The position numbers were made by a program, and so were the translations under genes. Source: Dehalococcoidia bacterium (GTDB lineage: Bacteria; Chloroflexota; Dehalococcoidia; SHYD01). From it: a stretch of 64,000 nt of DNA. Under the pieces are notes generated by a model, which saw nothing but the letters and a program-made list of their open reading frames with translations, was not told the origin of the DNA and ran no database searches. Of this stretch, positions 37,458 through 47,228 are shown piece by piece; within the stretch, counting starts at the first letter, position 1; every line of letters begins with the position of its first letter. The stretch lies in the NCBI GenBank assembly GCA_009692935.1, contig SHYE01000001.1, positions 4,418-68,417 of the forward strand, written 5' to 3'.

Positions 37458-38753
37458 ATGGCTCTGTCACAAGATAATCGCAACCGCAACCTGTTCTGGA
37501 TGAACGCGTCCACCTTCTCGTGGAACCTGGGCCTTGGCGCGTCGATCCCCGTGGTGCCGCTGCTGGCCTACCAGTTCGTGCCCGACCTCGCTCTCGCTGG
37601 CTTGGTGGTTGCCATCGGCGGGGCGGCGCGCCTCTTCAGCGGCTACTTCACCGGCCCGCTGGTCGACCGCTTCGGGAGGCTTGGCGTCGTGCGTATCGGT
37701 GTCTTCATCCGCATGGTCTTTTCGTTCATGGAGGGACTATCCGGCGGGTACCTGGAACTGCTAACCTATCGGTTCTTCTCCAGCGTTGGCACCTCGGTGT
37801 ACGGTACCGGGGTCACCGTGATGATGGCCGACATGGCGACTCGCCGTAACCGCGGCCGTCTGGCCGGTGGCCGCACCAGTTTGGCCCAGTTGGGCAACGT
37901 GTTTGGGCCTGCAGTCGGCGCCGCGCTGTGGGCCGCCACCGGAGATCTGCGTACCCCCTTCCTGTTCAATGGCTGCACCAAGCTGGTGTGCATGATCATC
38001 TTCTTGTTCTGCGTCAAAGAGACGCAGGGTTACCAGAACGAGGACGAAGCCGCCGCGAAGGCCGCCGTTGCACCCGCGCCCCAGCCTGTTCCTGCCGCCG
38101 CACAAGTTGCCTCCTCGGGGTCATCGACGGCGGCTATTCCCGCCCACGAGTTTGGCTTGCGGGACATGTTGCTTACTGGACCGTTTTTCCTGACGATGTT
38201 TGCGGCGTTCGCCGCGGCACTCTTCCAGCAGGGCGTGCAAAATACGGTGCTGGCCGTGTTCTTGAGCCAGGAGTTGGCCCGCCCCGAACGCGACATCGGG
38301 ATCATTCTGACCTCCATCAGCGTAGGCCAGCTGCTCATCGGCTTCCCGGTTGGGTGGATGGTGGACCGCTGGGGCATTCGGTCGGGGTTGCTACCGGGCA
38401 GCATCGTGGCCTCGGCCACGCTGGCCTACCTGGCGTTCACCGCCGATGCCAGCATTGCCTGGGCGCTGGTTATGGGCGCGGGGTACGGCATGGTGGCCGT
38501 CACTGCTTCGGCCTATGCCATGGATATCGCGCCGTCCCACGCCCGCGGGCACTTCTTCGGCATCAACCAGGGCGCGGTCAGCGGTGCGAATCTGGCCGGC
38601 CCGCTCATCCTTGGCTTCTTCATCGACCACTTCGGCTATGGCTGGGGCTTCGGCGTCATCGCGCTGCTGATTGCCGCGGTCGCGCCGATGAGCCTGGTGT
38701 GGGTACAGGATGTGCGGGCGCGGCGGGAGGCAGGCGCGGAAGCACGGCGGTAG
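37458..38753 (+). CDS. MFS transporter
   Basis: Multiple TM segments; motif A GPLVDRFGR and GWMVDRWG. Confidence 0.88.
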   Translation: MALSQDNRNRNLFWMNASTFSWNLGLGASIPVVPLLAYQFVPDLALAGLVVAIGGAARLFSGYFTGPLVDRFGRLGVVRIGVFIRMVFSFMEGLSGGYLELLTYRFFSSVGTSVYGTGVTVMMADMATRRNRGRLAGGRTSLAQLGNVFGPAVGAALWAATGDLRTPFLFNGCTKLVCMIIFLFCVKETQGYQNEDEAAAKAAVAPAPQPVPAAAQVASSGSSTAAIPAHEFGLRDMLLTGPFFLTMFAAFAAALFQQGVQNTVLAVFLSQELARPERDIGIILTSISVGQLLIGFPVGWMVDRWGIRSGLLPGSIVASATLAYLAFTADASIAWALVMGAGYGMVAVTASAYAMDIAPSHARGHFFGINQGAVSGANLAGPLILGFFIDHFGYGWGFGVIALLIAAVAPMSLVWVQDVRARREAGAEARR

Positions 38754-38776
38754 GTGTGGATGTTGTATAGTACGTT

Positions 38777-39118
38777 ATGAGTACGCGTCCGTGGCAGGTC
38801 GTACTCTATGATGCGCCCGACGGGTCGCCGGTAGTCGAGGCGGAGCTTGAGGCCATCCCAAAGCGGGAGAGGGTGCGCGTCGCCCGGTACATCGCGTTGC
38901 TCCAAGCTGTGGGCGTATCGTTAGGTGGCGACCACGTCCGTCATATCCGGGGTAAGCTTTTCGAGCTCCGGCCCGACGCTTGGCGGGTACTCTACTTTGC
39001 GGCAAGTGGGCAGACCTTCGTGCTCCTGCGCTGTTTTCGGAAGCGGACGGAGCGCACCCCACCGGCGGAGATAGAAACTGCCGAGCGCCGTATGAACGAC
39101 TATCTCGAACGGAGCTGA
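38777..39118 (+). CDS. RelE/ParE-superfamily (Gp49/HigB2-like) toxin
   Basis: HVRHIRGKLFELRP...RVLYF...LLRCFRKRTERTPPAEIETA. Confidence 0.85.
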   Translation: MSTRPWQVVLYDAPDGSPVVEAELEAIPKRERVRVARYIALLQAVGVSLGGDHVRHIRGKLFELRPDAWRVLYFAASGQTFVLLRCFRKRTERTPPAEIETAERRMNDYLERS

Positions 39119-39120
39119 CG

Positions 39121-39528
39121 ATGACACGTCGCCCCCCCGGCAAACCCTTCGATGCGGTGCTGAATGAGTGGCTGGCGGACCCAGAGTTTAAGGCCGAGTA
39201 CGACCGGTTAGGGCCGGAATTCGAGCTCCGCCGAGCGCTGATCGAGCTGCGGCATGCGGCCAAGCTCTCCCAACAACAGGTCGCCGAACGGGTGGGCACC
39301 ACCAGGGAGTACATCAGCGCTCTGGAGCGCGGTCCCTCGAACATGAGCCTGGGCTATCTGGTGCGGCTGATGGACGCGCTCGGCGCCGACGTCGGCATTC
39401 GCATCCGCCGGCGCGGCCTGAAGTCTCGGGCAGCCGTCACGCAGATCGCTTTCCCCCTCTCATCGGTCGAGCCGGCCAAACCGCGCAGGCGGCGGCGTGA
39501 GGACGACGCTGCTCAGACGGTCGCTTGA
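39121..39528 (+). CDS. XRE-family HTH antitoxin
   Basis: DPEFKAEY...[23 protein letters not shown]. Confidence 0.85.
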   Translation: MTRRPPGKPFDAVLNEWLADPEFKAEYDRLGPEFELRRALIELRHAAKLSQQQVAERVGTTREYISALERGPSNMSLGYLVRLMDALGADVGIRIRRRGLKSRAAVTQIAFPLSSVEPAKPRRRRREDDAAQTVA

Positions 39529-40169
39529 GCTACAGCCTCGAGTACTTCACCGCCCGCGAGGGTTGGCGTGACTGGCGGATCGAGGCCGACCACCTGATGC
39601 GACTCGCCGACGTGCGTCCCGGTGCCCGAGTGCTGGAAATCGGGTGTGGCGCGGGTGGCCTGCTGCTGCTGCTGGCAGAACGGGGCGCTGTGGTGAGTGG
39701 CGCCGAACCGCTGGCCGAAGCCCTGGTCTTGGCACGGCAGCGGGTGCCTTCGGCCGAATTGGTGGTGGTGGGCGAGGGGCCGGAGTTGCCGTTCGCTGAT
39801 GCCAGCTTCGACGCGGTCCTTGGCCAGCACGTGCTGGAGCACTTACCTGACCTGGACGCGGCACTGCGAGAATGGCGGCGGGTGCTCAAGCCCGGTGGTA
39901 AGCTGGCTATGGCTACTCCCAACGCCCGGTACCCCGACCCTGCGCACTTTGCCGATGATGACCACGATCACGTGTATACACCACCAGAAGTGACGGCCGC
40001 TGCTGCCGGCGCCGGCTTCTGCGTGGAGGCTTGCTACACTCTATTCCCCTACCTGACGCGCAACCGCGTGCTGCGGGCGATGGGCGTCTCCGCCAGCGGA
40101 TTCTTCCGGCGGGCTCCGTACTTCAACGAGCGGGGGCGCACCATTATGCTTGGAGCTGCTCCATCTTGA
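39525..40169 (+). CDS. Class I SAM-dependent methyltransferase
   Basis: [30 protein letters not shown]. Confidence 0.9.
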   Translation: MSYSLEYFTAREGWRDWRIEADHLMRLADVRPGARVLEIGCGAGGLLLLLAERGAVVSGAEPLAEALVLARQRVPSAELVVVGEGPELPFADASFDAVLGQHVLEHLPDLDAALREWRRVLKPGGKLAMATPNARYPDPAHFADDDHDHVYTPPEVTAAAAGAGFCVEACYTLFPYLTRNRVLRAMGVSASGFFRRAPYFNERGRTIMLGAAPS

Positions 40170-40696
40170 CGCGCACGCCACTGATTACCGTACTCATGAT
40201 GTCCCTGCTGCTGAGCCTCGCGGCGGCTTGTGGAGCAACCGGGCCGGCAGCAGCACCCGATGCGCCGGAGGCCACCGCCCGAGGACTGGTCGAGCCGATG
40301 CGCGGCAAGGTCGCGCTTGACCAGGGGAGCGCCGCCCTGTTTCGCGATCTCGCCAACTATTCGGTGAGGGAGCGGTTCCTGTTCGCGGTGCTAGCGTGCG
40401 CAGATGAGGTGCGGGCCGGCGATTTCCGGCGGTTCTTCGCGAGCCCCGAAGGCATTATGGGGCCTGAGGCCATAGCAGGCCTGCGCGCCATGGGAATGGT
40501 CAACACCGCCGCGGTGGCGCAGAAGGCCGCCAACGTCCTGGGGCGCGAATTCCCGCGGGACCTGGCAGAACGCCGCAGAGCAGTCGATGCCAACGTCGCG
40601 GCCCTCAACACGCTGGACGCTGAGTTCACGCAACTGCTGTCGGTTGAGGCCGGTGGGATTGACGTCGCGACCGATCGGCTGGCGCGAATGCGGTAG
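40166..40696 (+). CDS. Predicted lipoprotein with DUF4375/DMP19-like domain
   Basis: Lipobox [33 protein letters not shown] resembles the EV.NGGF.QFF.NS.G pattern as I recall it. Confidence 0.55.
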   Translation: MTRTPLITVLMMSLLLSLAAACGATGPAAAPDAPEATARGLVEPMRGKVALDQGSAALFRDLANYSVRERFLFAVLACADEVRAGDFRRFFASPEGIMGPEAIAGLRAMGMVNTAAVAQKAANVLGREFPRDLAERRRAVDANVAALNTLDAEFTQLLSVEAGGIDVATDRLARMR

Positions 40697-40717
40697 CGGC
40701 TCGGCTCTTGTCCTGAG

Positions 40718-40989
40718 CCGTAAGAGTTCAAGAGTGGGGTGGCCATCGCCAGTGCGCAGTGGCGTCGGCGGCCCTTCGGATGAAGGTTGGCTCTTCCCGC
40801 CCGCCCCCCCCCAGGGGTCTCGAAGTGGGGGCCCTTCGACAGGCTCAGGATAAGTACCCGCACTCCCCTGCTTGACGGGACCCGCCGTCCCCTCAGGCCC
40901 CCCTGCGGAGACGCTTGGCATCGGTACTGTATGGTGGCACTTCGTGGCGTTACCCGCAAGGCTTAGGGCCAACTCACCGACTCAGCTCT
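40718..40989. mobile_element. ~270-bp MITE-like element with imperfect terminal inverted repeats and nested REP unit (40831-40855)
   Basis: Reverse complement aligns along ~200 bp with 53940-54125; ends CCGTAAGAGTTCA / GGCCAACTCACCGACTCAGCTCT. Confidence 0.65.
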
Positions 40990-41080
40990 GGTCCCCGTAC
41001 ACCTTCGGTTTGACACATGGGTGACCGGCGCAGTACGGTGCGATCAAACCACTCAGGCCCTTATCTAAAGGAGTTGCCGC

Positions 41081-42349
41081 ATGCTGACCCGTGAAGAGAA
41101 CGCCATGCTCACCCAGACCGGCCCTGGCACCCCTATGGGTGACCTGTTTCGCCGGTTCTGGATGCCGGTGATGATTGCTACCGAACTGCCTGGTCCCGAC
41201 TGTGACCCCAAGCGTCTCCGGGTCATGAGCGAGGATCTGATCGCGTTCCGCGACACCAGCGGCCGCGTCGGCGTAGTCGACGCCTATTGCCCGCACCGCG
41301 GCGCCCCGCTGTTCTTCGGCCGCAACGAGGAGGATGGGCTGCGCTGTGTGTACCACGGCTGGAAGTTCGACGTGGAGGGCGCCTGCGTCGACCTACCCAA
41401 CGCACCCGAGGGCGAGACCTTCAAGACCAAAGTCACCATCACCTCATACTCCGCGGTCGAGAAGGGTGGCATCATCTGGCTGTACATGGGCCCCAAAGAG
41501 AAGCAGCCGCCGCTGCCCGGCTTCCGGTTCATGGACGTGGCTGACAGCCAGCGCTACGCCTGGAAGATTCACATCGAGTGCAACTACTTCCAGAGCATGG
41601 AGGGCGACCTCGACGCCAGCCACGGCCCCTTCCTGCACTCGATTCTGGGCGACAACAGCAAGAACCAGCAGGTGTCCATCCGCCGCTCCGACCCCGGCAG
41701 CTTGGTAGACAAGGCCCCCCGCTACGCCCAGATCGAGGATACCGAGTACGGCACCATGTCGGTCACCAGCGCCAACCGGCCCGACGGCGAGTTGTACCTA
41801 AGCGTGAGCCACTGGATGGCCCCGGCCTTCACCACCGCTGGCAGCGACATTAAGGTCAGCCAGAACAACATGCGGGTGCCCATCGACGACAAGAACTGCA
41901 TGTTCTGGCGGGTGCGCTTCAATGAGAACGAGCCGCTGGACGAGAAAGAGCTGTGGCAGATGAAGCACGGTGGTTGGCTGTACCCGCCGCTGCAAGCGGG
42001 CACGTACACCGGGGTCGATAACATTCACAACGACTACAACATTGATCGGGTAGCCCAGCGGAACTACAGCTTTACCGGCATCAAGTCCTTCTCCACGCAA
42101 GACACCGCGCTCATCGAGAGCCAGCGCGGGCCGATTATGGATCGCTCGCTCGAGCGGCTGGTCTCGGCCGACGAGGAGATCATCCGGGTGCGCCGCCACC
42201 TGCTGAAGATGGCCCGCGACCTGCAGGAAGGCAAGGACCCGGCCTCCAACCCCACCGGCTACAACAAGCGGGTTGCCCGCTTCAACGTGCCGCGGGATAC
42301 CGACATTAGCGCCTTCATGAAGGGCAACATGGCGGTGGTTAACCGCTAG
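41081..42349 (+). CDS. Rieske non-heme iron oxygenase alpha subunit
   Basis: CPHRGAPL...CVYHGW; EGDLDASHGPFLH; QDTALIE. Confidence 0.92.
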   Translation: MLTREENAMLTQTGPGTPMGDLFRRFWMPVMIATELPGPDCDPKRLRVMSEDLIAFRDTSGRVGVVDAYCPHRGAPLFFGRNEEDGLRCVYHGWKFDVEGACVDLPNAPEGETFKTKVTITSYSAVEKGGIIWLYMGPKEKQPPLPGFRFMDVADSQRYAWKIHIECNYFQSMEGDLDASHGPFLHSILGDNSKNQQVSIRRSDPGSLVDKAPRYAQIEDTEYGTMSVTSANRPDGELYLSVSHWMAPAFTTAGSDIKVSQNNMRVPIDDKNCMFWRVRFNENEPLDEKELWQMKHGGWLYPPLQAGTYTGVDNIHNDYNIDRVAQRNYSFTGIKSFSTQDTALIESQRGPIMDRSLERLVSADEEIIRVRRHLLKMARDLQEGKDPASNPTGYNKRVARFNVPRDTDISAFMKGNMAVVNR

Positions 42350-42367
42350 CCCAGCAAACCGGCGACC

Positions 42368-42410
42368 GCGGCGTGGTAGCGTTGGCCATGGTCAGCGTTT
42401 ACCACGCCGC
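42368..42410. terminator. Hairpin between tandem Rieske genes
   Basis: GCGGCGTGGTA...TACCACGCCGC, 11-bp outer stem. Confidence 0.5.
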
Positions 42411-42461
42411 TAGCGCGTGGCGTAGACTATACTTCAGACCTTAACTTCTGGAGACGACCGT

Positions 42462-43727
42462 ATGCTGAGCGTTGAAGAGAACCAACTGCTGACTCGGGTA
42501 GGCCCCGGCACGCCCATGGGCAACCTGCTGCGCCGTTACTGGCAGCCCATCGCCCCCGTGGCCGAACTCGACGAGACCCCCATCAAGCAGGTCCGCCTGA
42601 TGGGGGAAGACTTGGCGTTGTACAAAGACCTGTCGGGCAACTACGGCCTGTTGGACCTGCACTGCCCCCACCGCCGGGCCGACCTGAGCTACGGCATTCT
42701 GGAGCCCGACGGCCTGCGCTGCAACTACCACGGCTGGGCTTTCGACTCCCGCGGCAACTGCACCTCAATGCCCTTCGAGGACACCGCCCACCCTGAAGCC
42801 CGCTTCCGCGACAAGGTGAAAATCAAGGCCTATCCGGTGCAGGCGAAGGCCGGCCTGCTGTGGGCCTACCTGGGCCCCGACCCGGTGCCCGAACTGTGGG
42901 ACTGGGACATTTATCACGAGAACGGTTACAAGACCATCGTGTTCGGCCACATCCCTTGCAACTGGCTGCAGTGCGCCGAGAACGACATCGACCCGGTGCA
43001 CTTCGAGTGGCTGCACGACACGTGGCCGCTGCAACTGCGGGGAGAACGCACCGCCGACAACGTGCCGCCCAAGCACCTGAAGATCAACTTCAAGGAGTTC
43101 GAGTGGGGCATCGAGTACCAGCGCCTGCGCGACAACTCCGACGATTGGCAAGTGGGCCGAGTGGCGCTGTGGCCCAACGCCCTGTACACCGGCCACTTCG
43201 AGTATCGGGTACCCATCGACGACGAGAACACCCTGAGCGTGTGCTGGAACAACGACCCGCTGCCCGGCGACGCGCCCTTCGTGCAGGACCGCATCCCCTA
43301 CTTCTGGTCGCCTATCAAGGACCCGAAGACCGGGCGCTGGATCAGCAGTCACACCGTGAACCAAGACATCATCGCCTGGGTGGGTCAGGGCGCCATCAGC
43401 GACCGCCAGAACGAGCACCTGGGCTCTAGCGACGAAGGCGTCATCATGCTGCGCCGCCAGTTCCTGCAGGACCTCAAGAAGCTGGAGGAGACCGGCGCCG
43501 ACCCCAAGGCCATTCTGCGCGACCCCAGCCGCAACCACGCCATGTACCTGCCGCGCTCAGGCGGCGGGGTGCGTTTCAACGAGCGCGGCGGCCTTGGGCC
43601 AGTGCGCCGCCCCAGCGTGTACAGCCTGTACTACGGGTTACCCGACGACCTTCGGGACGACATCGAGCGGGTGATCGCCGAACGGTCGGCGAAGCTGGAG
43701 CAGAACGAGCCAACCGCGGCGGGGTAG
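42462..43727 (+). CDS. Rieske non-heme iron oxygenase alpha subunit
   Basis: CPHRRADL...CNYHGW; ENDIDPVHFEWLH; QDIIAW. Confidence 0.92.
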   Translation: MLSVEENQLLTRVGPGTPMGNLLRRYWQPIAPVAELDETPIKQVRLMGEDLALYKDLSGNYGLLDLHCPHRRADLSYGILEPDGLRCNYHGWAFDSRGNCTSMPFEDTAHPEARFRDKVKIKAYPVQAKAGLLWAYLGPDPVPELWDWDIYHENGYKTIVFGHIPCNWLQCAENDIDPVHFEWLHDTWPLQLRGERTADNVPPKHLKINFKEFEWGIEYQRLRDNSDDWQVGRVALWPNALYTGHFEYRVPIDDENTLSVCWNNDPLPGDAPFVQDRIPYFWSPIKDPKTGRWISSHTVNQDIIAWVGQGAISDRQNEHLGSSDEGVIMLRRQFLQDLKKLEETGADPKAILRDPSRNHAMYLPRSGGGVRFNERGGLGPVRRPSVYSLYYGLPDDLRDDIERVIAERSAKLEQNEPTAAG

Positions 43728-43752
43728 CAGGGGCCCCAGGCAGCGTTCCGAT

Positions 43753-43866
43753 CCCCTCTCCCCCGGCGGGAGAGGGCTAGGGAGAGGGGGAACTCCCTTA
43801 GAACATCGACGGTCGGTATAAGCCAACGGCGCCCCCTCCTCTAACTCCCTCCCGCAAGGGGAGGGA
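43753..43866. repeat. Two CCCTCTCCC...GGGAGAGGG units
   Basis: Units at 43753-43790 and 43832-43866. Confidence 0.7.
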
Positions 43867-43943
43867 GGACGTGTGGCACGACAGACTAGCGTCGACGTGT
43901 TAAGTGTGTGTCGGCAGCCGTCACACACATCAAGGAGCGCGCC

Positions 43944-45110
43944 ATGCGACTAAGCCTAGCGTTCGAGATGCAGCGTCCGGTGCTCGATGACGCCGCCGTC
44001 ATCCGCGACACCATCGACCAGTGCGTGCTGGCTGACGAAATGGGCTTCGACACCGTCTGGTTCGTCGAGCACCACTTTCTCACCAGCTTCTCTATGTCGC
44101 CGTGTCCGGAGGTCATCTTTGGCGCGCTGAGTCAACGCACCAAGCGCATCCACCTCGGCTTCGGCGTGGTCATCCTGCCCTACCACCATCCGGTGCGAGT
44201 AGCCGAACGCGTGGCGATGGTCGACCACTTGTCCGGTGGTCGGGTCGAGTTCGGGACCGGTCGGTCGGCAGCCTACGAGCTGACCGGCATGGGCATCGAC
44301 CCCCGCGACAGCCGCGAGATGTGGGAAGAGTCGCTGGCCATGGTTCCCAAGATATGGGAGGACGGCCTGTTCGAGTGGCAGGGCAAGCACTGGCAGGTGC
44401 CACCGCGCGACGTGCGCCCGAAGCCGCTGCAAAAGCCGCACCCTCGCATGTGGGTGGCGGCGCTGCAACCCGCCACCTACCAGCTCGCTGCCGAGAAGGG
44501 CATCGGGGTCATGGCGCTCAGCGTGGCTGCGCCATCGTATCTCACGCCCCACATCGCGCAGTACAAGCAACGGGTGCAGCAGGCCAACCCCGTGGGCAAG
44601 TTCATCACCAACCAGTGGCTCAACTCAACAATGGGTTTCTGCGACGAGGATGACCTGGCGGCCAAGGAGCTGACGGCGAAGTCGCTCAAGACCTTCTTCG
44701 GCCCCGACCGTCCCTACCTGAAGGACCAGCAGCACCTGTACGCCCAGTTGGTGGAGAGCTGGGGTGGAGCGCCCGACCACCTGAAGGCCAACTTCTCCCG
44801 CTACCTCAAAGGCGAGGGGGCCGAGGGCGCGCCCGCCGTCGATCTCTCGGGCGGCTCGGGCCAGATTGTGACCGCGGTCTGGAACCAGTTCGACGCCGCT
44901 ACCCTGGCCGATCGCGCCGTCATCGTGGCCGGCGACCCCGAGAGCTGCCTCAAGGGCATCGCTGTGCACGAAGCTACCGGCGCCGACGAGCTGCAGTTCC
45001 TGATGGCAACCGAGACCATCCCCCACGACAAGGTGATGTCGTCCATCGAGCTGTTCGGCAAGCGGGTGATACCGGAGCTGAAGCGCAAGGCCGAACTCGC
45101 AGCGGGGTAG
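43944..45110 (+). CDS. LLM-class flavin-dependent oxidoreductase
   Basis: WFVEHHF, HHPVRVAERVAMVDHLSGGRVEFGTGRS, PKPLQKPHP. Confidence 0.92.
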   Translation: MRLSLAFEMQRPVLDDAAVIRDTIDQCVLADEMGFDTVWFVEHHFLTSFSMSPCPEVIFGALSQRTKRIHLGFGVVILPYHHPVRVAERVAMVDHLSGGRVEFGTGRSAAYELTGMGIDPRDSREMWEESLAMVPKIWEDGLFEWQGKHWQVPPRDVRPKPLQKPHPRMWVAALQPATYQLAAEKGIGVMALSVAAPSYLTPHIAQYKQRVQQANPVGKFITNQWLNSTMGFCDEDDLAAKELTAKSLKTFFGPDRPYLKDQQHLYAQLVESWGGAPDHLKANFSRYLKGEGAEGAPAVDLSGGSGQIVTAVWNQFDAATLADRAVIVAGDPESCLKGIAVHEATGADELQFLMATETIPHDKVMSSIELFGKRVIPELKRKAELAAG

Positions 45111-45123
45111 CGGTGGGATGCCT

Positions 45124-46043
45124 CTAGCGAATGGGCGGCTGTCTCGGCCCGACGGAGCGCGGCCGACCCGGCACCGGCTCTGTAGGCTGCACACTGATGG
45201 TCCCCGGCGTGCCACGATAGCACCCGATGAGGTACGGATACTCGTGGGTTGCGTGGTAGTGGTACAGCTCGCGCCACTGGCCATCCCACGGCACGGTGTG
45301 GCCGTGGCAGGCGTCAAGGTCGGTGTTGGTTAAGGGGTCACGAGACTCGCCGCGCACACCAAACAGGCCGAAGCCGTCGAAGCACCAGGAGTTCGCGTGC
45401 TAGTGGTAAAGGCCGGTCCCCTGGGGGGGGGCCGCCGCATAGGTCCCGCACCGCGTCCAGCCCCGCGGCATCCAGCGTGTTGAAGAACACCGCGGCCGAC
45501 AGCATGACGCCGACCGGCCCCATCGGCAGGCACGTAGCCTGCGCCGCCAGTGCGGGTGCCGTAGCCACGTTGACGGTCACTCGCTGGGCCGCGATCGAGT
45601 TCGGGTTGGGATCGAGGGCGAAGGCGTTACTGTAGCGCTCGACCGGGAAGCTGCCGGTCGGGTGGTCGGGCAGGCCGTTGCCGCTGACCACCTGCCGCTC
45701 ACCATCGAGCGCCACCGAGAGCTGGGACGGCCACGCCCCCCCCCCCAACTCGTACCAACTTGCGGCTGTCATAGGTACCGTCGCCGTTGAGCCAGGGCCC
45801 GGTGTGGATGTTGCGCTGCGGGAACGCCCGCTGGCAGGCCCACACCGAGCCGACCACCGGCTCACCCGACACCTTCCCGTCGCCCACTGGCAGCCGCTCG
45901 GGATTGATGATGCCCACCACCGTCCAGGCCTCGTCCGAGTCCGGCGCTACAACGCCGCCGGACGTCTGCCAAAGCGTTGTGCTCACCAGCACTACGAGCG
46001 CCACGCCGAGGACAGCTAGGGCCCAGATGCGCAAGTCGTTCAT
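45124..46043 (-). pseudogene. Membrane-anchored YHYH-domain protein, frameshifted and with a nonsense codon
   Basis: N-terminal TM; NGLPDHPTG, DLDACHGH, YHYHATHEYPY across frames; C11 run 45736-45746, G9 run 45423-45431; first motif reads YH*H. Confidence 0.75.
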
Positions 46044-46065
46044 GCTGAGTATCCCGGTTTGCTGT

Positions 46066-46581
46066 TTACCCCCGCGTCTCGGACGCGAGGTTGGCGTAGC
46101 GCAGGAACACCCCGCCGTGGGGCTCGGCCAGCGGGCCATTGACCGCGAGCACGGCGATGGTGTGGCGGTCGCCGGGCTTGGCCTCGGCCGTCACCTCCAC
46201 CCGGTGCGAGTAGTCCAGGCCGTTCATCGCGCCGGTGGCCCGGTTGATGGCGCCGTTCACCCACACCTCGGCGTAGTTGTCCACATTGGTCTCGAACAGG
46301 ATGCGGGCGCCGGCCACACTCTGACCGTCGATGGTCTCGGGCACCTCGGCCACGATCCGGTACCAGGCAAAGCACAGGCCGACGGAGCGACCGGCCCTCA
46401 GGTTATCGCACACCTCCCAGCCCGAGTCATCAAAATCCGTCTCGCGGGCGGGCGTCATCAGCACCTCCGCCACCAGGCCCTGGTTGGGCTGGCCGGGGAT
46501 GTAGCCGTCGGCGACGCGCCACTGCGCCTTGATGGGCGACCGGCCGGCCGGCGTATTGAGGTCGAGGGCGATGCGGGGCAT
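46066..46581 (-). CDS. Stand-alone galactose-binding-like (jelly-roll) domain protein
   Basis: DFDDSGW, FAWYR, VDNYAEVWVNG, IAVLAVNGP; AGGAG upstream. Confidence 0.6.
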   Translation of the reverse strand: MPRIALDLNTPAGRSPIKAQWRVADGYIPGQPNQGLVAEVLMTPARETDFDDSGWEVCDNLRAGRSVGLCFAWYRIVAEVPETIDGQSVAGARILFETNVDNYAEVWVNGAINRATGAMNGLDYSHRVEVTAEAKPGDRHTIAVLAVNGPLAEPHGGVFLRYANLASETRG

Positions 46582-46678
46582 GGGTAGGCTCCTGGCGGGT
46601 AGTGGGCCGGTGCAGCCACCGGAGTGCGACAATGCTACCATACGTCGTACCACAGGGCGCTTAGCGCGGAGACTTCAC

Positions 46679-46915
46679 ATGACGACGCAGAAGTTTGATG
46701 TGGTGCTAGAGTGGGACGCCGACGAGAGCCTGTGGGTGACCCAGGTGCCCGCCCTCGATCACTTGTCAACCTACGGCGACACCCGGGAGGAGGCGCTCGC
46801 CAACACCCGCGAAGCGATCGCCGGATACCTGGAGGCCGCCGCCCAAGAAGGCATCACTATCCCGGATATCGTAAGTCGACCCGAACTCCTCGATCTTGAG
46901 GTAGCGTTGCCTTGA
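46679..46915 (+). CDS. hicB: HicB-family antitoxin (short form)
   Basis: VPALDHLSTYGDTREEALANTREAIAGYLE. Confidence 0.88.
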   Translation: MTTQKFDVVLEWDADESLWVTQVPALDHLSTYGDTREEALANTREAIAGYLEAAAQEGITIPDIVSRPELLDLEVALP

Positions 46916-47153
46916 GCGAGCGGCCACCGAGGGCGTCGGGCGCCGACGTCGTCGCGGCTTTGCTCTGGGCTGGATACGCCACAGCCACACCCGCGGGAGC
47001 CACGTCTATCTTCTAGGTCCCGGCGGCGGCCGGCTGGTGGTTATACCAGTGCACGGAAACCGAACGCTCCCCGTCGGGACGTTGGCTTCGGTACTACGAC
47101 AGGCGGGACTCTCCCCTGAAGAGCTAGGGAAGTTCTTGCGGCGGGAGCGCTAG
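46912..47153 (+). pseudogene. hicA: HicA-family toxin, frameshifted near 46980
   Basis: MSERPPRASGADVVAAL..GY / RGSHVYL...VVIPVHGNRTLPVGTLASVLRQAGL. Confidence 0.82.
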
Positions 47154-47228
47154 ACTCGTTGCGCAGTGCGTCCCGCAGTCAAAGCCTAGAGTGCTACCAT
47201 AAGCTCCGCAGTCCCTGGAGCGCAGCCC

